Below, piece by piece: positions 18,360-25,347 of a stretch of 25,347 nucleotides of DNA. The notes beneath the pieces are model-generated. The model ran no database searches and had not been told where the DNA came from. It was given only the letters and a program-made list of their open reading frames with translations. The stretch spans positions 1 to 25,347 of the forward strand of contig JAYGCN010000300.1 of NCBI GenBank assembly GCA_046583315.1. Reading direction: 5' to 3'. The DNA comes from Candidatus Hydrogenedentota bacterium. GTDB taxonomy: Bacteria > Hydrogenedentota > Hydrogenedentia > Hydrogenedentales > GCA-2746185. Position 1 is the stretch's first letter. Every line of letters starts with the position of its first letter. Position numbers and translations under genes: made by a program.

Positions 18360-19601
18360 ATGGATTTCACGATACCCGAAGATATTCAGCAGAAGCTCAA
18401 GGATCTCGACGAATTTATTGAACGGGAGATCAAGCCGCTCGAAGAGGAAAACATTCAATTCTTCGATTACCGTCGCGAACACGCACGTACGGATTGGGAT
18501 AATGGCGGCGTACCCACGCAAGAATGGGAAGAACTGCTGCGAGAGATGCGTAAAATTGCGGATGCGGCGGGACATTTTCGTTATGTATTGCCGAAGGAAT
18601 TGGGCGGGTCGGATGGAACGAACCTGGGCATGGCGATCATTCGTGAACATCTGGCGGCGAAGGGTCTGGGACTGCATAACGATCTCCAGAATGAATCGTC
18701 CGTGGTGGGAAATTTTCCGGTCGTATTAATGATTCGCGATCTGGGAAATGATGAACAGAAGGACATGGTCGAAGACATGCTTACGGGTAAAGTTCGCATT
18801 GCCTTTGGCGTGACGGAACCCAATCACGGGAGTGACGCGACCTATATGGAGACCGAGGCGCACAAGCAGGGCGGCGACTGGATCATCAACGGCATCAAAC
18901 GATTCAATAGCGGTCTGCACAGTGCGACGCATGACATTATTTTCGCGCGCACCTCGGGTGAAGCGGGATCGTCTCACGGCATCACGGCATTTTTGGTACC
19001 GACCGATGCTGAAGGCTTCGATATCGATTTTTATCATTGGACATTCAACATGCCGACAGATCACGCGCAGGTGACGCTGAACAATGTGCGGGTACCGGCG
19101 AGCGCGATTGTGCATGAGGAAGGAAAAGGGCTTGCGTGCGCGCAGCATTTCTTCCATGAAAATCGCATACGTCAGGCGGCCTCGGGCGTGGGTGCGACAC
19201 AATATTGTATTAACGAGTCCGTGAAATACGCACGCAAACGAATCACGTGGGGAAAGCCACTGTCGACGCAACAGGCGATCCAATTTCCACTGGCTGAGGC
19301 GCACACGGAAAACGAATTGATTCGTAATCTTGTTTACAAGACAGCCTGGCATCTCGACCAGAAGCATCACATGGCGGTGACGGATCAGGTTGCGATGGTG
19401 AATTACCGCGCAAATCGACTGGTCTGTCAGACGGCTGACCTCGCGATGCAAACACACGGCGGCATGGGGTATACGCGTCACCTGCCTTTCGAGCACATTT
19501 ATCGACATCATCGACGCTACCGCATTACGGAAGGCTCCGAGGAAGTTCAGATTCGAAAGGTCGCGGCGCATCTCTTCGGGTATGTAGGTCGTAAAGGGTA
19601 A
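18360..19601 (+). CDS. Acyl-CoA dehydrogenase family protein
   Basis: Motifs AFGVTEPNHGSD, WIINGIKRF, RITWGKPL, QTHGGMG and RITEGSEE (catalytic Glu position). GGAGG RBS. Confidence 0.92.
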   Translation: MDFTIPEDIQQKLKDLDEFIEREIKPLEEENIQFFDYRREHARTDWDNGGVPTQEWEELLREMRKIADAAGHFRYVLPKELGGSDGTNLGMAIIREHLAAKGLGLHNDLQNESSVVGNFPVVLMIRDLGNDEQKDMVEDMLTGKVRIAFGVTEPNHGSDATYMETEAHKQGGDWIINGIKRFNSGLHSATHDIIFARTSGEAGSSHGITAFLVPTDAEGFDIDFYHWTFNMPTDHAQVTLNNVRVPASAIVHEEGKGLACAQHFFHENRIRQAASGVGATQYCINESVKYARKRITWGKPLSTQQAIQFPLAEAHTENELIRNLVYKTAWHLDQKHHMAVTDQVAMVNYRANRLVCQTADLAMQTHGGMGYTRHLPFEHIYRHHRRYRITEGSEEVQIRKVAAHLFGYVGRKG

Positions 19602-19628
19602 ACGAGTAACTCCCGGAGGGTTTGTTGT

Positions 19629-21557
19629 ATGTGCGGAATTGTCGCGATTGTTTCTCAGGATCGACCTGTGTCGCAGGTGGGCTTGAACGCCGCGGTCGCC
19701 AGTCTTGAACACCGCGGGCCGGACGGGCACGGCACCTGGATCGCTCCGGATCGTCGTACCGCACTTGGCCATACGCGACTGAGCATCATCGATCTCACGA
19801 CGGGCGGCCAACCGATTCCCAACGAGGATAAATCGATCTGGATTGTCGCGAATGGCGAGTTTTACGATTACGAGCGGGTGCAGAAAGATTTGGAACTAGA
19901 AGGTCACCAACTGCGTACACGTTCGGACAGCGAGATCGCGCTGCATCTTTACGAGGATTTAGGTACGCAGTGTGTGCATGAACTTCGCGGCGAGTATGCG
20001 TTCACGATTTGGGATGAGCGCGCGCACAAATTGCTTGCGGTGCGTGATCGCTATGGTGTGAAACCTCTTTTTTATGCGGTGCACGATGGCGCGTTATACG
20101 TGGCTTCTGAAATGAAGGCGCTGTTTGCCGCCGGGGTGCCTGCGCAGTGGGATCCGGAGTGCGCGTATTATGGAATCGGGTTGCGTCGCGAAGACCGAAC
20201 GCCGTTCAAGGGCGTTTACAGCGTGCCGCCTGGTTATTTCTTGTTGGCGGATCGTGATGGACAGCAACTGATCCAGTATTGGGACGTTCAGTATCCCACC
20301 CGCGACGAGGAACGACAGGGTATTTCGGATGAAGAGTATGCCGAGGAATTTCGGGCAATTCTTGACGAGGCCGTGCGCATTCGGTTGCGCGCGGATGTGC
20401 CGGTCGGGTGTTATTTGAGCGGCGGACTCGATTCGTGTGCGGTGTTGGGTCTGGCCGCGCCGCATCGCTCGGATCCCATCAGTGCGTTTACGCTTACCTT
20501 CGATCATGTCGATTACGACGAGGGTCCTATCGCGGAGGAAATGGTGAAGAAAGTGGGGGCCGAATTCATTCCCATCCCCATTCGACAAGGTGATCTCGCG
20601 GACAATTTTTCGGATTCGGTGTACCATGCGGAAGCCGTCTCCCAGAACGCGCACAGCGTGGCGAAATTCGTGCTGAGTCGTGCGGTACGGGATGCGGGGT
20701 TCAAAGTCGTGCTCACGGGTGAAGGGGCGGATGAGATTCTGGCGGGCTATCCGCATTTTCGTCAGGACATGCTGCTGCACGACAACGACGGTCAGGATGC
20801 GGCCGATGTGGAACGCATGTTGGCCGAACTGAATAGCGCGAATAAAGTTTCTCAGGGATTGCTGATGTCGCAATACGACGGCGAGGGCTCGGCGCTACTG
20901 AACCGACTTCTCCCCCACCCGCCTTCTTATTTCGGGACGTTGTTTTCGCGATTGGAACGGATGCAGCCGTTGTTCGACGAGGAATTCTTTGGTTCGTACA
21001 ACGGACAGGACTGGTGTTCGTTTTTTCTGAGCGGCATCGACGTGAAAGGTCGTATTGAAGGGCGGTCTCCGGTGCATCAGGCGCTCTACCTTTGGGTCAA
21101 ATCGTCGTTGCCGAATTATGTGCTCACAGTATTGGGTGATCGCATGGAAATGGCGCATTCGATCGAGGGTCGCGTGCCATTTCTGGACCACAAAGTCGGA
21201 GAATTCGTGAATAGCACGCCGGTCAACATGAAGATTCGTGGCATGACCGAGAAATTTATGTTACGCGAGGCGGCGCGTGATGTATTGACCGACACCGTAT
21301 ACCGGCGCCCGAAACATCCGTTCATCAGTCCGCCGCCATCGACTGAGCCGGACAATCCCAAGCTCGAGATGCTCGTTCAGGACACGTTACGCAGCAGGGT
21401 GGTCGACTCGGTGCCGTTTCTGAATGGCCCTGCGATTCGTGAACTGGCCGATTCACTGAAAACCATGCCGCTCGAACAACGCTTCGCAATTGATTCGGAC
21501 GTGATGATTCTGTTGTGCACGGTCTTCATGCACGAGCGACTGGGCGTCGCGGGGTAG
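19629..21557 (+). CDS. asnB: Asparagine synthase (glutamine-hydrolysing)-family amidotransferase
   Basis: Ntn N-terminus MCGI, plus HRGPD, LGHTRLSIID, NGEFY, RDRYGVKPL, LSGGLDS, LTGEGADE and DRMEMAHSIEGRVPFLD. Confidence 0.92.
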   Translation: MCGIVAIVSQDRPVSQVGLNAAVASLEHRGPDGHGTWIAPDRRTALGHTRLSIIDLTTGGQPIPNEDKSIWIVANGEFYDYERVQKDLELEGHQLRTRSDSEIALHLYEDLGTQCVHELRGEYAFTIWDERAHKLLAVRDRYGVKPLFYAVHDGALYVASEMKALFAAGVPAQWDPECAYYGIGLRREDRTPFKGVYSVPPGYFLLADRDGQQLIQYWDVQYPTRDEERQGISDEEYAEEFRAILDEAVRIRLRADVPVGCYLSGGLDSCAVLGLAAPHRSDPISAFTLTFDHVDYDEGPIAEEMVKKVGAEFIPIPIRQGDLADNFSDSVYHAEAVSQNAHSVAKFVLSRAVRDAGFKVVLTGEGADEILAGYPHFRQDMLLHDNDGQDAADVERMLAELNSANKVSQGLLMSQYDGEGSALLNRLLPHPPSYFGTLFSRLERMQPLFDEEFFGSYNGQDWCSFFLSGIDVKGRIEGRSPVHQALYLWVKSSLPNYVLTVLGDRMEMAHSIEGRVPFLDHKVGEFVNSTPVNMKIRGMTEKFMLREAARDVLTDTVYRRPKHPFISPPPSTEPDNPKLEMLVQDTLRSRVVDSVPFLNGPAIRELADSLKTMPLEQRFAIDSDVMILLCTVFMHERLGVAG

Positions 21558-21561
21558 CGAC

Positions 21562-22887
21562 CTATTTTCTACGCAGGTCGAGGCAGAGTAGCGTATTTTC
21601 GTTTCGCACGTAGAGGTAGCCTTGGGCGAGGATGGGTGGGGTCCAGGAGGGGTAATCGAGGACACGCGCGCGGGCGACTTCCTGGTAACCGTCTGGAGTG
21701 ATTCGGATGAGGAGAAGATGGCCGCGTTCGCCGAGCGCAATCAGGTGATCGTCGGCCACGATGAAGGAAGCGCGCCCTACTTTGGCGCGTTGGCTCCAGA
21801 TGACCTCCCCTGTTTTGAAATCGACGCAGCGAAAGTTCGCGCCGCTTTCGTGGCGACCGTCCATGCCGTAGAGATAGCCGTCTTTGTAGGTGCTCATGGC
21901 CCAGTGGTTTTGCATGGAGTCTACATTTTTCCACATTTCGATGAGGCTGTCGGGAGTTATTTTCAGGGCGACGGCGCCGATTTTGTAGGTGGCGGAAAGG
22001 AATACTGTGTCGTCGATGAGCAACGGGGTCGCGGCGATGGCGGATTCACGCACGCGTGATCGGAAAGGATATCGGTGACGAATTTTCCCTGTTTTTGCTT
22101 CGACGATGAGTAGTCCGTCTCCGGTGTGGAAGATGGCGAGTCGTTCTCCGTGTACCGTCGCGACGATTGGAGTGGAGTAACTTGCGGTGTCGTCGCTGGC
22201 GGTCCAGGCGGTTTCGCCGGTGTGTTTGTTGAAGGCAACGATGCCTGCACCGTTTGGGCCGCCGATATTGAGCAGTATCAGGTCTTCTTCGATGACGGGT
22301 GTTACACCGACGCCAAAGAAACCTTGAGGGACTTTGTAGAATTCGTTGACGTGTCGTTGCCAAACAAGCGCTCCGGTTTCGAAATCGAGGCAGGTGACCA
22401 CGCCTTCGGCACCGTAGGTGTAGACTCGGTCACCATCGATGGTTGGGGAGGATCGTGGGCCGCCGTTGTAGCCGTAGCGATCGACGTAGGCCGTTGGGTA
22501 GCCGAATTTCCAGTGCGTGTCTGAGCCGGTGAGCGCGTCCATGGATTCGATCACTTCTTCATTGCCGACGCGATGAAATATGAGCAGGCGACCTCGGGAG
22601 ACGACGGGTGCGCCGTAGGATTCACCGATCGGACGCGACCAGATGACGGGCGGGCCTTCGGGTGGCCACTCGGTAAGGATGCCGGTTTCACGTGAGGTGG
22701 CGTTACTGTTTGGGCCGAGAAATCTGGGCCAGTCGTGGCCGTTTTGGTGGCTCTGTTTTTCGGTAGCCGGAACGATTTGCGCTTGTGTCTCTTGGGAACC
22801 TTCGGCATTTTCTTGTGAGCATGAGAGGATTGGAAGGAGGAGTACGAGGGCAAGAATTCGCCTGGTGATGTGTTTTAGGTTTCGCAT
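21562..22887 (-). CDS. PQQ-binding-like beta-propeller repeat protein (paralog B), probable lipoprotein
   Basis: Same motifs as paralog A (DWPRFLGP, GPRSSPTIDG, ASYSTP, WTPPILAQG). Lipobox-like ILSC after a hydrophobic stretch. Confidence 0.87.
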   Translation of the reverse strand: MRNLKHITRRILALVLLLPILSCSQENAEGSQETQAQIVPATEKQSHQNGHDWPRFLGPNSNATSRETGILTEWPPEGPPVIWSRPIGESYGAPVVSRGRLLIFHRVGNEEVIESMDALTGSDTHWKFGYPTAYVDRYGYNGGPRSSPTIDGDRVYTYGAEGVVTCLDFETGALVWQRHVNEFYKVPQGFFGVGVTPVIEEDLILLNIGGPNGAGIVAFNKHTGETAWTASDDTASYSTPIVATVHGERLAIFHTGDGLLIVEAKTGKIRHRYPFRSRVRESAIAATPLLIDDTVFLSATYKIGAVALKITPDSLIEMWKNVDSMQNHWAMSTYKDGYLYGMDGRHESGANFRCVDFKTGEVIWSQRAKVGRASFIVADDHLIALGERGHLLLIRITPDGYQEVARARVLDYPSWTPPILAQGYLYVRNENTLLCLDLRRK

Positions 22888-23051
22888 GATGCCTTTTCAT
22901 TGGGAGTAATTGGAGTGGAGAGAATACCAGAAATGATTGGTCGAATTTTGAGTGAGATTTGTTCGAATTGGCTCGTGGATTAGAGGATACAATGTAAACG
23001 GTCGTTAATAGCAGGGGTTTTGTGGCCTCTTTGAATCAGAAAGTAGGGGAA

Positions 23052-23086
23052 GACAAGTGTAAGATGCGATCAGATTACACCTGTAA
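23052..23086. promoter_or_regulatory. Tandem BlaI/MecI/CopY-type operator boxes
   Basis: GACAAGTGTA (23052-23061) and a perfect TTACACCTGTAA (23075-23086) match TACAnnTGTA. They are 24 bp apart, both followed by AGAT, and directly upstream of the blaI AGGAGG RBS. Confidence 0.75.
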
Positions 23087-23101
23087 GATTAGGAGGCGCA
23101 G

Positions 23102-23479
23102 ATGGCTAACCAACAATTATCTCCCAGCGAGTGGGATATCATGCATGTCCTTTGGCAGGCGAAACGGGCCACGGTGAACGAGATGGCTGAACATCTGTCC
23201 GACTCGAAATCGTGGCATCCCAAAACAATTCGCACGATGCTGAGCCGATTGGAAAAGAAGGGGATCATTGAGCGCGATTCCGAGGGCGGCATCTACACCT
23301 ACATCCCGCTCATCGCCAAGGAAGAGTGCATTGACCAGGCGAGCGATCTGTTCATCAATCGCGTCTTCGATGGTGCGCTTGCTCCGATGGTTGCACATTT
23401 TGTGCAGCAGCGCTCGTTGACTCCTGAGGAAAGAGCCGAGCTGAAGCGCATTCTTGATGAGGAGACGGATCATGAATAG
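23102..23479 (+). CDS. BlaI/MecI/CopY family transcriptional repressor
   Basis: Motifs LSPSEWDIMHVLW, WHPKTIRTMLSRLEKKG, FINRVFDGA and LTPEERAELKRIL. It has no CopY Cys-rich tail. Confidence 0.93.
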   Translation: MANQQLSPSEWDIMHVLWQAKRATVNEMAEHLSDSKSWHPKTIRTMLSRLEKKGIIERDSEGGIYTYIPLIAKEECIDQASDLFINRVFDGALAPMVAHFVQQRSLTPEERAELKRILDEETDHE

Positions 23480-25070
23480 TCTCATCGACCTTGGCGACCC
23501 GTCGCTGCTCTCCTAGATCGTTCTGTTATCCATCAAAGGCAGCGTCATCATCGCGCTGGTATTGCTGATTCAGCGACTGGGGCGAAATGTGTTTCCCGCG
23601 CAGGTTCGCTACTGGCTTTGGATACCGGCACTTCTGTGTTTATTCGTTCCCTTCAGTTTCGCTACCACGTGGAGTCCTTTCGCGAGGCTGTTCACTGCCG
23701 TCCCCCCCGCTCCTGTCGATGCAGCGGTTGTGCAATCAGTGTCGGCCGAGGTCGCTCCGGCATCTCGAAGGTTTACGCTGAGCGACGTGTGGATCGTCGG
23801 CATTCTGGCGTTCAGTCTGCTGGTGCTTTACAACCTGATTCGATTCAGGCGCATCCGACACAACAGTCGTCTCGCCGATGCAGTCGCGCAAGAACGTCTG
23901 CGACAGTGTAAGAACGAATTGAACATTCGCCGCAACATTCGGCTTCTGGAAACGCCTAAAATGGGTACGCCGTTCCTAGTTGGCTGGTTACGACCGACAA
24001 TTCTGTTGCCCGTTGGACTGACCAAGGAAATCAGCAGGGACGAGTTGCGTTTTGTATTGTTGCACGAACTTTCGCATGTGAGGCGTTACGACATTGCGTT
24101 GAATTGGCTGATGACGACGGTGCAGATCCTCCACTGGTTTAATCCGCTGGTGTAGTACGGTTTTCACTGCATGCGACGCGATCATGAAATCGCCTGTGAT
24201 GCCTTGGTGCTGCGCCACTAGCGCCCGAGCGAATACGCGGCGTACGGACACACATTAATTTTGCTCATGGAACGATATCCGCGAGCAGTACAGTTTTTTC
24301 AAGGCCCGGGAATTGTCGGAAACACAAAACCAATGAAAGAGAGGTTACACATGATTAAACGATTCAAAACCTTTCAGAAAAGGAACGTCATCCTGGGCTG
24401 CGTTGTGCTCCTGGTGGTGGCGGCACTTGCCTTTTCCGAAAAGCGCGCCAGTGCACATGAGGTGTCCTCGGATGACTCAGAACACGGTGAGGAATCACTG
24501 CATAGCCAAATTCAATCCTTGCACGATCTGGTTCTTTCGCTGCATGGCCCCAACCATGAAAAGGATAGCGAGCCATCACGTGACCGGGCGCATTCGTCCC
24601 ATGACGCGTCTGCAATCATCGAGTGGCACAGGAGAGCGAATGCACCGGATGCCGAGCCAGGGAGCATAGAGAAACGTGTCATGGTTATCGACCGCCTTGT
24701 CGACAGAGAAGAGGGCGAAGTGCTTCGTCTCCATCTGGAAAACCTTCAGGCCGAGGGTATCGAGGATGGGATCTATAGGATTGAGCTGGACGGTGTCCGA
24801 AAACTACATTGGGAAGCTGATCGAGCGCGCGTCCGGAAAGAGGTCATGCTACAGCGAGATGTTGCAGAGAAACTCAACAAGATTCGTATTCTGAAACGTG
24901 AAGACAAGATCGAGCTTCGCGAGTTGAATGCGCGGACGCAGCTTGAGAAGGCGAAAGCCGAAATAGTCTCCCTTGAAAAAGAACTCAACGCTCGAAAAAT
25001 GGACCTGGAAGATCGCCTTCGTGCCGACAGGCAAGATTCCGAGGAATCCAAGGACTTATCATTCCAGTAG
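23472..25070 (+). pseudogene. BlaR1-like M56 metallopeptidase sensor interrupted by three in-frame TAG codons
   Basis: One frame from ATG 23472 (overlapping the blaI stop) contains RYWLW, PFLVGWLRPTILLP, LHELSHVRRYD, HWFNPLV*Y, EIACDA and YGHTLI. TAG at 23514, 24153 and 24219. It joins track ORFs 23562-24155 and 24261-25070. Confidence 0.85.
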
Positions 25071-25101
25071 CGCGGGTCGCATGATTTGAAAGTGGTCGGG
25101 G

Positions 25102-25347
25102 TATAAGCTTCCCTGTCAAGGGCACAGTTCTAAAGTAGAGTTTTCTGGGTTTATTTGTTGTTCAATTTGTTTTCTGTAGACCGTTGGCGGAACGCGATTG
25201 GTGGCACTATGTGTGCGTTCTTCGTTGTAGTCCATCATCCACCATCAGGTGATTTCGCGTACTTCTTCTAAGGAATGAAACAGGTGTGCGCTGAGTACCT
25301 CCTCTCTGTAGGTTCTGTTGAAGCGTTCAATAAACGCGTTCTGAGTG
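25102..25347 (-). mobile_element. IS3-family (IS407-group-like) insertion sequence, right end, degenerate; runs off the window
   Basis: 25346->25116 translates to [47 protein letters not shown]...STLELCP*, an OrfB integrase C-terminus with an internal TGA at 25247-25245. It is followed by the IR-like end TGACAGGGAAGCTTATA. Confidence 0.85.

Noticed and set aside
18726..19811. Long antisense or alternate-frame ORFs (e.g. 361 aa here, 14306-15148, 20094-20873, 13121-13858)
   Set aside because: They are shadows of well-supported genes in GC-rich DNA and have no recognisable motifs.
19629..21557. asnB as a lasso peptide cyclase or part of a RiPP cluster
   Set aside because: It keeps the intact Cys-initiated glutaminase domain, and no precursor, B protein or RRE gene is seen nearby.
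260..25070. Genome-wide TAG recoding
   Set aside because: gshA, TIGR03084, the long GST, the HCCA isomerase, the SDR, the TPR gene, asnB, propeller B and blaI all end in TAG, mostly at family-typical C-termini and several directly against the next gene.
23102..25070. Beta-lactam resistance or CopY copper operon
   Set aside because: There is no beta-lactamase or PBP, no penicillin-binding sensor domain, no CopY Cys motif and no copper ATPase in the window.
1..25347. CRISPR arrays, tRNA/rRNA genes, riboswitches
   Set aside because: No regularly spaced repeats or recognisable structured-RNA signatures were seen. The intergenic gaps are short, but a covariance-model search was not possible.

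Overview
This is a gene-dense bacterial window of moderate-high GC. The host is uncertain, but DUF1501, PQQ-like beta-propellers and a BlaI/M56 pair suggest a PVC-like or other non-model lineage. Left to right it holds: (1) the 3' end of a DUF1501 gene; (2) a ~7 kb glutathione island with a stand-alone GshA and, divergently, a stand-alone gene matching the C-terminal ATP-grasp half of bifunctional GshF/GshAB, separated by a TIGR03084/MDMPI-like metalloprotein gene and followed by three GST-superfamily genes and an atypical SDR; (3) DUF3604 and a secreted serine hydrolase behind a near-consensus sigma70 promoter; (4) a secreted FAD oxidoreductase translationally coupled to a NosR-like membrane protein with two flavinylation motifs; (5) a soluble PQQ dehydrogenase, an NlpI-like TPR protein, and two paralogous PQQ-like propellers flanking an acyl-CoA dehydrogenase + asnB pair; (6) blaI with TACAnnTGTA-type boxes and a BlaR1/M56 gene broken by three in-frame TAG codons but no frameshift; (7) a decayed IS3-family end that the ORF track misses. 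All family calls come from recognising motifs by eye; no searches were run.
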